A stretch of 64,000 nucleotides of DNA from Rebecca billardiae RCC1528. Lineage: Eukaryota; Protista; Haptophyta. Location of the stretch: positions 682,001-746,000 of the forward strand of contig OZ251233.1 in NCBI GenBank assembly GCA_965240325.2. Direction: 5' to 3'. Below are positions 13,690-24,741 of the stretch, piece after piece. Below the pieces are notes generated by a model that was not told the DNA's origin, did not search any database, and saw only the letters and a list, made by a program, of their open reading frames with translations. Position numbers and translations under genes: made by a program. Positions within the stretch are counted from its first letter, which is position 1. Every line of letters begins with the position of its first letter.

Positions 13690-14228
13690 ATCTGCAGCTC
13701 GCGCTCGGCGCGCGCCTGCTCCATGCCAATGGGCCCACCGCCCGGCGGCGGCATGCCCGGCGGCGCGCCCGGCGGCGGGCCGCCTCGCCACATGCCGTAC
13801 GGCTCGCGCTCGGCGTGGTGGTGGTGGTGGTGCGGGTGGTGGTGGTGCGGTGGCATGTTGTACTCGCCCGAGCGCATCTCGCGCCCCGGCGGCCCCGGCG
13901 GAGCGCCTCGGTCGTAGTAGCCGCGCTCGGCGGGCGGCGGCGCGCCGCCGCGGTACCCGCCGCCCATCGGCCCGTACGGCGGCGGCGCGCCTGGTGGGGG
14001 CGGGCCGCCACGGTACCCGCCGCCGCCGCCGCCGCCGCCGCCGGGCGGCGGCATGCCGTGCGGCGGCGGCTCGGCGCCGTGGTGGTGGTGGTGGAGGGGG
14101 GGCGGCGGGTGGTGGTGCGCGCCGGGCGGCGGCGGCGGATGGCCGTGCGGCGGGTACGCGTGCGGCGGTGGCGGGCCTCGCTGGTGCGGCGGGTAGCGGC
14201 CCCATGGCGGGCCGTGGTTGTACGACAT
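11660..14228 (-). CDS. Pro/Gly/His/Gln-rich low-complexity protein with short C-terminal coiled coil
   Basis: ORF starts MSYNHGPPWG and contains polyQ and polyH. An intron at about 12103..11918 (GAAG|GTGCGC...CAG|AG) joins it to helical LEERIERALGEARR...ELQRALAARSSTAA*. Confidence 0.7.
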
Positions 14229-14400
14229 CCCGCCCTAGTGCGACCCGCGAGAGCAGCGGCGAGCGAGCAGCGCCGCCCTCGTGCGGCACGCCGTGACCGA
14301 GCACAGGGCACTCACCACTCACGCAGCTCTGGGTAGACTCTGTGGTCCGGGACCAATGACAGCCCTCATCAGTGTCCGGACGCATTTTGAGCATCGCAGC

Positions 14401-15618
14401 ATGACGACGGCGTGCCCGCGCGCGCCCGCGCTAGCTCTCTTGGCCGCTCACGTGGCCGTCGCCGTGCTGGCTGCGGACTCGCATCCGTGCCCGCTGTCCA
14501 GCCTGGACGTGGGTGCTCCCCTCGCGTGCGGCGCCGCGCTCACGCAGCCGCTCGACCTCCGCAAGCGCCTTCACGACACGCGCTTCTACACGTTCGACGT
14601 GGGCGGCGCTGACGGCGGCGGCGCGGCCGAGCCGGTCACGCTGGACACGTGCGAGACGGCTCGGCGCGCGGACGACTTCGCCGGCAAGGTGGCGCACACA
14701 CTCGCGGTCTTCGACCGCTGCCCGATCATGCACGCGCCCCTCGCCTCCACCGAGTTCTCCGACTCGCCGCTCGTGCGCTGCGGCGCTGGCGGGCGGAGCG
14801 CGCAGCTGCGGATGGAGCTCGCGCCCGGCCGGTACTACGCGATGCTCACGTCGGACGAGGACGAGAGTGTCGAGGGGAGTGCTACCGAGACGCACAACGC
14901 GCCGCCCGCGGAGACCTCCAACTACACCCTTCGGCTCGCGTGCAACGCGAGCGCGGCGGGCCCGCGCGGCGGCGCCGGCCGCCACGCCCCGGCCGCGGCG
15001 GAGCTCGCGCCGCCGCCGCCGGCCAGGCTGTACGCGGGCGAGCAGTGCACGACGTGGCTCGACGTGTACAGCCCGTCCACCCTCGGCTGCGGCGGCGCCA
15101 TCCTCTCCTGGGGCCACAAGTCCATGACCCTGATCGTGGACGTGCCTGTCTTCCTCTCGTCCCTCGAGCTCGACGCGTGCGCCGTCACGCCCGACATCGC
15201 GACGATCACCGGGCTGGCGTGCAGCGCTGACGTGCTGCGCGCGTGGTACGCGGTCGAGCGCAGCTGCACGCTCGTCGCGCGCGACGTGGCCCCCGGCAAG
15301 TACTTCGTCAACCTCATGTACCCAGCCGTCGGCCTGCTGCCGGCCGCGGGCGAGCGGAAGCTGGAGAAGGCCAAGTGGGACGCGCCCGTGCGGCTGTCGT
15401 GCGTGAACGGCACGGGCGACGTGATCGCGCCCGCGGCGGGCTCGCTGCCGATGGCGCACTTTCAGCTGCCGCGCGAGCTGCTCGGCGTCGCCGTGGTCAT
15501 CCTCGTCGCTGTCGCGTGCGCGTGCGTGTGCTCGCGACGCGCGGCCGCCCGAAAGGCAGCCAACGCGTCGGCAGAGGCGGAAAGGCGGACGGCGCTGCTC
15601 GCTGAGCCAGACACTTAG
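14401..15618 (+). CDS. Type I membrane protein with Cys-containing PPC-like extracellular repeats
   Basis: Signal peptide (ALALLAAHVAVAVLA) and two similar modules (LDTC..LAVFDRCP..LAPGRYY; LDAC..VAPGKYF). The C-terminal TM LLGVAVVILVAVACACVC is followed by basic residues. Confidence 0.7.
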   Translation: MTTACPRAPALALLAAHVAVAVLAADSHPCPLSSLDVGAPLACGAALTQPLDLRKRLHDTRFYTFDVGGADGGGAAEPVTLDTCETARRADDFAGKVAHTLAVFDRCPIMHAPLASTEFSDSPLVRCGAGGRSAQLRMELAPGRYYAMLTSDEDESVEGSATETHNAPPAETSNYTLRLACNASAAGPRGGAGRHAPAAAELAPPPPARLYAGEQCTTWLDVYSPSTLGCGGAILSWGHKSMTLIVDVPVFLSSLELDACAVTPDIATITGLACSADVLRAWYAVERSCTLVARDVAPGKYFVNLMYPAVGLLPAAGERKLEKAKWDAPVRLSCVNGTGDVIAPAAGSLPMAHFQLPRELLGVAVVILVAVACACVCSRRAAARKAANASAEAERRTALLAEPDT

Positions 15619-15854
15619 CGCCGGGCCCGCTGAGTCCGCCTGACTGAGTGCCTACCACAGCGGACCGTCGTGCTGTGCGTGAGATACGTCTGACAGTGAC
15701 AATGTGACTGTGATTTGATTTTGAAACACTGAGACACGGGCTTGAACAGTCGGTGACTCGGTCGTAGTCGGTAGTGGCATCAGATTCAGTGACAGCGAGG
15801 CCAGCGTCTCACGAAAGGTCTCACGGCGGCACCGAGCGCGTTTCCAGATTAATA

Positions 15855-15910
15855 CAGTTTACTAAGAATAAGAGACGCACACAGCTCAGGCAGGCGAGAT
15901 TGACGCCCGC
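15855..15910 (+). repeat. Isolated terminus of the CAGTTTA MITE family
   Basis: TA|CAGTTTACTAAGAATAAGAGACGCACACAGCTCAGGCAGGCGAGATTGACGCC. It recurs in part at 35661 (+) and at 37949-38014 and 38020-38079 (-). Confidence 0.8.
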
Positions 15911-16193
15911 CAACTGTCACCGCCCATGAAGCGGTCGCCGATGGTAGCGCCGCCGGAAAAATTCGTTCAGCCGTCCGCCTGCGAGGCCTGGACGAGGGCT
16001 GCGGCCGCCTCGCGGCACAGTACAGTAGTGTAAATAGTGACGGACACTCCCGACTGCTCATCACAAGCTCTGCTGGAACTCGTCGTCGTCGTTGACGTCA
16101 TCATACTACCAGTATCCGATTTCCAGACGCGCTCCGAATCTCCGATGCCAAAAAGGCAAATAAAATCATGGCCGAGCCCGATGGCGTCGAGCC

Positions 16194-17207
16194 ATGAGGG
16201 ATCGGCTAAGGAAGCGCACACGCTGCCCGCCAGACGCGGTGGCCGGACCGGCGCAGCGCGCACAACGTCAACGTGAGCGCCGAGACGACGTGCCAAGCGT
16301 GCCTCTGCGGCGGGTCGCCGTCCTGTTCGTCGGGCAATTCATGCGCAAGTGCGACCACACCATCTCGCGTGGCGTGCACTCCGTCCTGCCGTCGACGTGG
16401 TCAGCAGGCGTGCGCGTCGCATACGACGCGTTCGTCAGCACCTCCACGCAGCACTTCGAGGATGGCCCATGCGTGTGGGTCAATGCGACGGCCCTTGCGT
16501 CCATCCTCGTCGACGAGGGTGGCGGCTTCGACTACGCGCACGTCGATCTGCAGCCGTACTCGCTCACATCGTACGCGAATCGGACCTTGGCTGCGGGCCT
16601 GGCGTGGAAGGTGAGTGCCGCCCCGAATCATCCGATCTACCCGCACCGGACGTACAGCTTCTACTCGACCCTTGCCCGCGCCCTCGCCACCGCCAGGGAG
16701 CACGCCACCGCCAGTGGGCACGCGTACGGCATGGTGATCGTGAGCCGCGTCGACTTTTTCTTCAGCGGCGCCGTGCGCTGGCGCGCGCCCGCTGCGAAGT
16801 CAGGCGGGTTGAACGTCTCGTGGTACGAGGCGCTGCAAGAGGCGGAGGTCGTTGGCGTGCGCAGCCACTCGAAGATGGAGCAGCTGGTGGAGGACCGCCT
16901 CTTCCTCGGTACGCCCGAGATTCTGCGCAGACTGGAGCAGCTGCCGCGCAACTACCTGCGAGGCTGGGACAAACGACCGCAGCGGCTGGTCCCCGAGTAC
17001 TTGCTCAGCAAGCTGCTCAGATGGGAGGCGGTGAGGCACGAGCACAAGAGCGTTGACGAGCTGGCTCGCTTCTTCAAACGGAGGGAGCCCGTCGTCGGTG
17101 GCCCCGGGCAGCACTGCGATGGGCACGTGTTCACCAGGAAGTACGGTCGTAACTTCCTGCCCAACGAGCCGCCCGAGGGCGTGGGCCGTGGCCGATCGTA
17201 TTCATAA
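16194..17207 (+). CDS. Hypothetical glycosyltransferase-like protein
   Basis: 337-aa ORF with complex composition. The pattern RVAVLFVGQFMR...YGMVIVSRVD...EDRLFLG...PEYLL resembles uncharacterised algal/viral GT-like proteins. Start codon uncertain. Confidence 0.55.
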   Translation: MRDRLRKRTRCPPDAVAGPAQRAQRQRERRDDVPSVPLRRVAVLFVGQFMRKCDHTISRGVHSVLPSTWSAGVRVAYDAFVSTSTQHFEDGPCVWVNATALASILVDEGGGFDYAHVDLQPYSLTSYANRTLAAGLAWKVSAAPNHPIYPHRTYSFYSTLARALATAREHATASGHAYGMVIVSRVDFFFSGAVRWRAPAAKSGGLNVSWYEALQEAEVVGVRSHSKMEQLVEDRLFLGTPEILRRLEQLPRNYLRGWDKRPQRLVPEYLLSKLLRWEAVRHEHKSVDELARFFKRREPVVGGPGQHCDGHVFTRKYGRNFLPNEPPEGVGRGRSYS

Positions 17208-17559
17208 CGGTTACAATAACGTCGGCGACGGGCGGCACGGGCGCGACGGCCGTGCCCGGCAGTCTCAGCATCGTCAACTCATTGTCATATATCGCATCAT
17301 CGCGTGGAAATCTATAGTCCGTCTCTCTCTCTCTCATAATCTTAGGCACTATTCACTGTCAGTCTCGGACTCTAGTCTCAGCATCGGGTTAGGAAATTAT
17401 ATATATAATATTCGTATAGCCGCTTATTACGGCGTCTAAGGCTACTCTTAAAATTCGGCGCCATCACGGCATCAGGCCTACTACAATAAATGAATAATAA
17501 TGCCTATGACAGATGTCATTTAAAAATTTATAAGGCCCATCAGCAATTAATTCAGCAAT

Positions 17560-19180
17560 AATGGCCCGCGGTGCAGGGCGGAGCGCGCAGCGTGGAGCCC
17601 GCACCAGCGGGCCCGAACCACGTTTCAAAAAGATCTTTGATCAAGAAAAAAGGGACGGGGGCGATTTTTAGGGCTGGCGGAGACCGAGTTTCGAGTTTTT
17701 GAGATCGCATAGAGAGGTCTATTAGGCCGAAAATAAGCGCGTCCAGCTCATTCCCTTAAGTAAAGTGCGATCTGGACGTCAGCTGGACGTGACATTAACG
17801 TAACGGTTCGTTACGAGCGCGATTTTGTGGGTAGACTCTCGTTCATGTGTGATAGTTTGCCTCCGCCTTGATGAATATGAACTTGGCTTCGCGGCGGTTG
17901 GTATCTAGAGTCTAAAACCCGCAAGCCTTATTGAAAATACCCGCGCAGCTATTCGTTGCCAGCCCATTCCATAGTCACTGACTTACCGAGCTGGCGAGCT
18001 CAAAACCTGCCGTCGTCGCAAGGACGACGTGCTGTGCAGGTTTCTTCTGCTGGGGTGGCGAGCGAGCCTCGACGACTCTTGGTTGGTCCGCAAGGGGGCG
18101 CTCGATGGGCAGGTGCGCGTGGCAAGTGCCGAGTGGCGCCTGGAGCGCGCGTCTGCGGCGGGTCCCGACGGCCGTCGACATCGCGTTCGTGCCCGCTCAC
18201 TAGTCACTCCGCACGCCCCTGCCGCGCCCTGTCGATGCCTGCGCGGCCGGCCGGCGCGCGGCCGCGCCGCCGCCGCCGCAGCCGCCGCCCTGTGTTCGGG
18301 CTCTCGCAAGCTCGGGGGCAGCGGCGCATGATGCCGGACTGATCGATCTCGGAGTCTCCGACTTCACCACACGCCCCCCTTGCCATGCCTCTCCGCCAGG
18401 GTCTCCCAGAACTCTTCTTCAGAGCAGGCGCAAGTCGAACTCGGAACTGGCCGCGGCCCCGCGCGCCGTCGGCTCCCCGTGGCTGTCAGCTCCGCGTGGC
18501 CTGGGCGCCTGGCGTGCCCAGAGCTGGCCGTGCCTCTGCGACGCGTGCCGAGCCTGACCGAGGTGTGTCACCCCGTGCACGCGCGGCGCGCGCAAGCACC
18601 GGTGCTGCATGGCTGCTCGCACCGTGCTCCCTGGCTCGCGGTCAGTCAGCTCGGCCGCGTGGTGCCTGGTGTGCACGTAGAGTCGCGCTCATGCGTCGCT
18701 CACGCCTCGCGCCCGCCTGTCGGCCGTCGCGCAGGCGCGCAGGTCGAACCCTACTGACCTGCAGATCATCTACTCCTGCGCTGCTGGCGTCGCGGCGACG
18801 ACGGTCAGCGGCAGGCCCGAACGAACGGTCGAATCCGCGCGGTCCCGCGCCGTCCGGCTCCCTGGCTGTCAGTCAGCTCCGCCGGTGGCCTGGCGTGCAA
18901 GAGTCGCGCTCGTGCGTCGATCACGCCGAGTCGCATCCGCCTGTCGGCCGTCGCGCACGCGCAGGGGGTCAGGTAAGGGCCGTCTGTGATGAGGGCAGCT
19001 CGGCCGACGACCGACATCCACACTCGGCGCACGCCGGCGGCGGCGCGGCGCTGGGGCGGCGCGCCGCTGGATGGAGTCTAGTTACACGTGTACGGGACGA
19101 CTGCGACGGAGGGTGCACCGCCACCGCGGGCCCCGAACTACGTTCGTTCTACGGAAAAGGACCGCGGAACGCGGTCATAT
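17560..19180 (+). mobile_element. Non-autonomous Helentron/HINE-like element, copy 1
   Basis: 5' GGCCCGCGGTG (17563-73) is inverted with subterminal CACCGCGGGCC (19122-32). There is a nearby partial IR at 17601-13 and a terminal hairpin GACCGCG-GAA-CGCGGTC (19160-76). It is colinear with 33176-34800. Confidence 0.72.
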
Positions 19181-20021
19181 ACCTACGACATCAATTACCG
19201 CGCCTCGGCTCAGCGGGCGAAGCGCACTCTGGCGCTGGACGACGCCGCTGAGCGCCAGCCGCCGCCAGCCAGCCAGCTCACAGCTGGCCGTCCGGAGCGG
19301 CCGGCGAAGCGCGTACGCGAGTGTCGCGACCGCCCGGGGTCGGGGAGCACGGGGCAGGCTCGACCAGCTGCTACCAACGGCTGAGACCGTCACTGGCGTG
19401 CCAGCTGTGAGCTGACATCCGGACCTGCACTTTCGCCCGCAAGGTTGCTCGGGACACAGCAGGTCCATGCGAGCCGCGCAGCGCAGGTGGATCGCGCTTC
19501 AGCAGCTCAAGGCCGCGCGCTCATCAAGCTTCACCGTTTACGATCGCGGTGCTGGTGCAGGCTATTATACGACTAGCTGCTATTATTTACTGCCAGGCTA
19601 TATGCTGTATGCAGTATGCTCCGGCCACGCCCACGGCGGCCACGGCCCACCAGGGTCCAGGCGCCGACTCTTCACTCTTCAGGCCTGCGGCTTCGATCGT
19701 AGTTCACTGACTCACTAGTTCACGTGTCGGACGACGATCCGGGCACGGCACTGCCACTGGCCACTGCTATTCTATTGCCGCCGACGAATCAGGTGACCCG
19801 CGTCGTCCTCCCTGTGTCGTTAAATTACGGTTAAATCATAGAATGAGTATAGTCAAGGCTGTCAAGGCGACAGGCGTCGGCCGGATTATTTGGGGCATTG
19901 GCATTACCAGGCGGCCGCGGGTTGCCCGGCCGCGGCCGCGGGTTGGCTGTGGCACTCGACTCGTCCGGGTCTCGTAGTCGTGGGATCAGAGCAGCCCGCG
20001 ACGGAGTCGTGATGGGCATGG

Positions 20022-21992
20022 CTACGCCACCGCTGCCGGTTGCGCCGACGCTGCCATGGCGACGGCCGACGTTGCGGCCGCTCGCTCGGCCTCAGCTTCG
20101 GCGGCGACGAGGTGGGCGAGCCCGGCGCGCGCGCGGGCGCACACGGCGCGCGCACTCTCGAGCTCTGCCGACAGCTCCGGCGCGCGAGCGAGTGGCACAA
20201 ACTCATCGACCCACGTCGGCACGAGCGCGCCCAGGTCGAGCAGCTCGCGCAGCGCCGAGCGACCGTCGCGCGACGCGTGCGTGACGCACGGGCACGCACG
20301 CAGCACGTGCGCGAGGGCGGCGTGCGCGTCGGCCGCGTCGAGGAGGTCCTGGCGGAGCTCGACGTCGAGACGCTCGAGCTCGTGCGCGTCAGCGATCACC
20401 GCGTCGTCGTCGTCCACGGCCATCCGCGCCGCGCCCAGCCGCTCGGCCGAGTGCGCGCGCTCGAGCGCGGCGCACACGCGCGCGTCTGAGGTGAGGTCGC
20501 GGTGCGCGGCCCACACACGCAGCGCGTTGCCGAGCAGCCGCGCGACCGAGTCGACCTCCTTGCGGATCACGCGCCCGCCCGAGACCGGCCGCGGCATGCC
20601 GTCGAGTGCGCGCGCCTCCTCGGCCTCGTGCGCGCTCAGCAGCGAGCGCAGCTCGTGCCGCACGAGCGAGCGCACGAGCGCGCCCGCGCGCGCCGCGTAC
20701 ACGAGCTGCTGCTCGCCCGCCGCGAGCTGCGCGAGCTCGGTGCGCCAGAAGGCGGCGAAGCCACCGTCGGCGGTGAGCTCGTCCGCGGACAGCCGCGCGC
20801 TCAGCTCGCGCAGGAAGCGAGCAGCCGCCGGCGCGGGCGTGCCCGGCGCGCGGACCGCGCCAGACTGCCGGCGGGTGCGCGGCCGCGGTGCCGCCGCCGC
20901 CGCGCCGGCCCCCAGCTCACGCGCGAGATCGGCGCGCGCATGCAGCAGCGGGAGCAGCGCGTGCAGCGCGGCGCGCTCGGCGTCCGCCGCGCCGCCGCCA
21001 TCGCCCCACGCGGGCGGCTCGACGCACGCCGCACTCAGCGCGCAGAAGCGCACGCGTGGCGGCGCGCGCGCACGCCTGCACCCTCCACCGCCGCTGTCAG
21101 CACGCGCTGCGGAGTCTGGCCCGTCCACCTCGGCGGCGTCGCCCGCGCGTGCGGCGAGGCGCGCCTCCTCCTCCCAGTGCCACAGCTCGGCGAACGTGCA
21201 CAGCTCGCGCGCGCACGCCTTCACCGCATCGACCAGCGCGCGCGGCGCCGGAGGCGGCCCGCGCGCGGCCTCATCCGCGTGTGCGAGCAGCAGCGGCAGC
21301 TGGGCAAGCGGCGTGCGCACGCGCACGTGCGCGGGCGTGGCGAGGCGGATGCTTGAGGGCGGGGCGGACGAACTGCCCTCACGATCCATCGAGACAGGCG
21401 TGGGCGGCGTGCCCGTGCGCCGCCCCTCCGCGTCGTCCTCGCCGCCGCCGCCGCCGCCGCCGCCGTCGCCGCCGGCCTCATCGAGCGGCGGGCCGAGAGG
21501 CGCCATCGGCTCCATGGGCGACGGCAGGCCGTGCATCGGGGGCAGCGGTGACGCGCCGCTCTCGGCAATCTCGCGCAGGCGTGCATCGAGCTCATTCATG
21601 TTAAAGGACTGTCGCCGTCGGCGGCGCGCCTTCTTGCTCGACGAGTGCTGCGCGCCGCCTTCGTCCGCCGGAGCGCCGCACTCGCCAGTCTCCCGCGCGC
21701 CCGGTGTCGCCGCTGCAGCCTCAGCGACCGCGGCCGCCGCGTCGGTGCTAGGTGGGAGTGTCGGTGACAGGATCTTCTCGAAGGACGGGGCGATCGACGC
21801 GCCGCCTGCCGAGCCGGCATTTGGCGTCGCATTCTCGTCGGCAGGCGGAGGCTCGGCGGATGCCGGCGGCGCCACGGGCAGGCTCGCCGATGGCAAGCCG
21901 GCGGCGCTCGCTCTGCGCTTGTGCGAGCGGAAGAAGCCCTTGAGATCGTTCATGTCCACGCCGGCGCTCTCGAGCACCGCATTCGAGCGCAT
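20022..21992 (-). CDS. Hypothetical protein: disordered N-terminal half, helical C-terminal half
   Basis: Long ORF starting MRSNAVLESAGVDMNDLKGFF. Basic-Ser motifs KRRAS, RRRRRQSF and RRQS, followed by a Leu/Ala/Glu-rich helical region. Confidence 0.65.
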   Translation of the reverse strand: MRSNAVLESAGVDMNDLKGFFRSHKRRASAAGLPSASLPVAPPASAEPPPADENATPNAGSAGGASIAPSFEKILSPTLPPSTDAAAAVAEAAAATPGARETGECGAPADEGGAQHSSSKKARRRRRQSFNMNELDARLREIAESGASPLPPMHGLPSPMEPMAPLGPPLDEAGGDGGGGGGGGEDDAEGRRTGTPPTPVSMDREGSSSAPPSSIRLATPAHVRVRTPLAQLPLLLAHADEAARGPPPAPRALVDAVKACARELCTFAELWHWEEEARLAARAGDAAEVDGPDSAARADSGGGGCRRARAPPRVRFCALSAACVEPPAWGDGGGAADAERAALHALLPLLHARADLARELGAGAAAAAPRPRTRRQSGAVRAPGTPAPAAARFLRELSARLSADELTADGGFAAFWRTELAQLAAGEQQLVYAARAGALVRSLVRHELRSLLSAHEAEEARALDGMPRPVSGGRVIRKEVDSVARLLGNALRVWAAHRDLTSDARVCAALERAHSAERLGAARMAVDDDDAVIADAHELERLDVELRQDLLDAADAHAALAHVLRACPCVTHASRDGRSALRELLDLGALVPTWVDEFVPLARAPELSAELESARAVCARARAGLAHLVAAEAEAERAAATSAVAMAASAQPAAVA

Positions 21993-22129
21993 CGTTCCTC
22001 GTGTCCTCCGATGTCGCTCACGCGCAAAGCGACCAGAGGCGGGTCCCGACGCAGGTCGATGACGCAGGCGCCTTTGAAAAGTCCGGTGCACTCTGGATCC
22101 GGAATCCGGAATCTCCAGCCACAAGACCC

Positions 22130-22864
22130 ATGTCTTCCCTCCACCCGGCTGACGCAGCCTTCACGAAGAAGGGCTCCGCGGGCATGGGGCCAGCGATAGG
22201 GGGTAGCTTCGCGGGCGCGTCTGCGTCGGCATCGCTTGAATTCGTCTCGGCTGGTGCCGCGCCGTCATCCATAGCGACTGCGCCGCCGAAGCGCACATCG
22301 CGCACTGCGGATATCCTCAACCCGCTGTACTGCTCAGCGTGCGACAAGGTCTTTGCCAAGGAGACGGTCTTCCACGCGCACAAGAGCGGAAAGAAGCATC
22401 GCAACGCGATCAAGGCCATGGATCTCGCTGAGGACGAAGCGGATGCGGGCTCTGCACCGCTCCCGTCCAAGCGGCCTGCGGAGCCGACCACAGACGAGCC
22501 AGCCAGCAAGCGGCTTGCCGCAGCACCGGCGGCTGCGGCGGTCCAGGCGCCAGATGCCCCCACACCAGCCGCGGCCGGCCCAAACGATCCGCCACATCGC
22601 GCGCCGTCGCCGCCCGCGCCCGCGCCACCGCCGCCGCACGAGTGGTGGAAGGGCACAGTGCACGCCAAGTCGGATGCGCAGAAGGAGGCAGAGGCGGCTG
22701 AGGGCACCGGCGAGTGGCTGTGCGTGTCGCAGCGATGCACAGGCGTGAAGAATGCGCGGAATGCGCCACACTGCAAGGCGTGCGGCGCGTTGCGCAGGCT
22801 CGGCACGCAGTCTATTCGCACGCATGAGCGTGACACCGTCAACGACTATGCACGGAGGATGTGA
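22130..22864 (+). CDS. Zinc-finger protein (U1/matrin-type C2H2 plus RanBP2-type)
   Basis: YCSACDKVF...FHAHKSGKKH and GEWLCVSQRCTGVKNARNAPHCKACG. Confidence 0.8.
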   Translation: MSSLHPADAAFTKKGSAGMGPAIGGSFAGASASASLEFVSAGAAPSSIATAPPKRTSRTADILNPLYCSACDKVFAKETVFHAHKSGKKHRNAIKAMDLAEDEADAGSAPLPSKRPAEPTTDEPASKRLAAAPAAAAVQAPDAPTPAAAGPNDPPHRAPSPPAPAPPPPHEWWKGTVHAKSDAQKEAEAAEGTGEWLCVSQRCTGVKNARNAPHCKACGALRRLGTQSIRTHERDTVNDYARRM

Positions 22865-23274
22865 TGTGAGTGATGTGACCCGGTCTGACCTAGCTGATTC
22901 ATCAACTGAGGCCGTGCCCGAAGTGGCACAAATTGTGACTCTGCCATGTCGCGCGGCCGGCCGAGCACCCGGAGCAGCCGAGCAGCGCCGTCTGCAGTCT
23001 CAGTCTGGTGAGCCACTACCGACTACGTAATACTTACGGAGTATATATATATATACTATTTATAACTTTTTAAGTATATACTATACTTTTAAGTATATAT
23101 ATACTTAAATAGTATATATATACTATAATATTTATAACTAACTAATAATAAGAAGCCTGCTATCTGATAAAGACTACGCTAAATATAGCTTCTACTGACG
23201 GTATCATAACGACATAATCCTCCGAACCGCCCGCGCGCAACCGCCTGTGTGTGTGTGAAAGAGACTAGAGAGTC

Positions 23275-23333
23275 GAGAGAGAGAGAGAGAGCGCTGCCAG
23301 AGAGAGAGAGCCAGTCAGAGAGACGGTGAGAGA

Positions 23334-23398
<65 letters not shown>

Positions 23399-23400
23399 GC
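23275..23400. repeat. Imperfect (GA)n microsatellite
   Basis: Visible GA dinucleotide run. Confidence 0.9.
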
Positions 23401-23508
23401 TGCGTCAATCAGATCCATCATCCACAGCAGTAGTTCGAAGTTAATAATTCTGCCCGCGTCCGCGCGCGCTGCCAGCGTCGCGCGGCCAGGCGGGCCGGCG
23501 GCGCCGAG

Positions 23509-24604
23509 CTAGGCCGCTCGTGCAGCCGCGACGGCGCTGTCGATGAGGCCGCCAAGGCTGTCGGTGCCAGCAGGGTTGGAAATGTCGGCAATGGCATCGC
23601 CACCGGGGCCCTGAGAGACAGAGTCATCAGCGTCACGCACACCTGCTGCGTCGATTCGATACGTGCACGTGGCCTCTGGCACGCGCGGCGACAGCACGAC
23701 CCGCAGCTCGCGCGGACCGACGCCAGCGGCGGCACGGCGCACAGCGACGCGCGTATTGACGCAGTTGGACCACGCCAGGCCCAGCGCGGCCTTCTTCGCG
23801 GCCGCGCCCTCCGCGTGCATGCAGTCGGTCACCTGGTTGATCACCACGATCGCAATGCCGTGCGCGTCGCTCAGCCGCTTGAGCTCAGCGGCGAGCTTGA
23901 GCAAGAAGGCGGCGCGCTCGGTTGCGGACTCGTCGAGCTGCGCCCGGAAGAGCGCGCCGATTGAGTCGATCACGATCAGGCGCACGCGGTGCTGAGCGAG
24001 GAGGCTGGGCACACGGAAGCGCAGCGTGTTCCACAGCAGCTCGTCCGTCTCCACCACGTCCACAAAGACATGCTCGCACAGGCGGTCGCAGGTCGCACCA
24101 AGCTGGGGGTCGGCGCGCGCGCGGCGGGCACGGGCGTCGGTGGGCGCGATGCCTCGTCCGCGCCGCGCGCATCGCGGCGGGGCAAGACGTACCTGCGACC
24201 ACTTGGCAGCGAACGCGTCGCCGATTTGCCGGAGCCGGCGCATCGGTGGCTCGCCACCCTCCGTGTGGATCAGAAGCGCGCCGCCCTGAAGACCGCCATG
24301 CTCGAACGGAAGCTGGACCTGAAGGAGTAGCTGCAGACCCATCTGCACGGCGCACGCGGGTAGGGATGCACGCGACGGCGTTCGTGGGCCATGTGCGCGC
24401 ATGCGAAGGCCCAACACAAGCACGCTCGACACGCCGCACCTGGGTCTTGCCCGCGCCCGCTTCGCCGGCGATCTCGGTGATGCCGGTGCTCATGATGCCG
24501 CCACCGAGGCAGTGATCAACGCTCGCGCATCCCGTGCGCAGCAGCTGCTGCCGCTGCGCGAGTGACGCCGCTGTCTCCGGAGCCAGCGACGCTGTCGCCG
24601 CCAT
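23509..24604 (-). CDS. XRCC3: RAD51 paralog XRCC3, 3 exons
   Basis: LRTGC..VDHCLGGGI..GITEIAGEAGAGKTQ (Walker A), LQVQLP..HGGL.GGAL.IHTE, LIVIDSIGALFR (Walker B), INQVTD and ALGLAWSNCVNTR. Introns 24439..24343 and 24192..24103. Confidence 0.9.
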
Positions 24605-24741
24605 GATTGGACAAGAAAGAAAGAACGACGGTTGGCCGCCCCCGGCTGGCAGTGAGCACTGAGCAGTCACGCACGTGCCGAGGAGTTCCGGTAAGACTGG
24701 CCGGACTCGCCGGCGCCCGCGCGGCTCGTTGTCTGATCGTG

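Noticed and set aside
139-14336. Long overlapping ORFs such as 139..2190, 3598..5463, 8642..11356 and 11508..14336
   Set aside because: Arg/Ala/Pro-rich antisense or off-frame shadows of real genes, caused by stop-codon scarcity at high GC.
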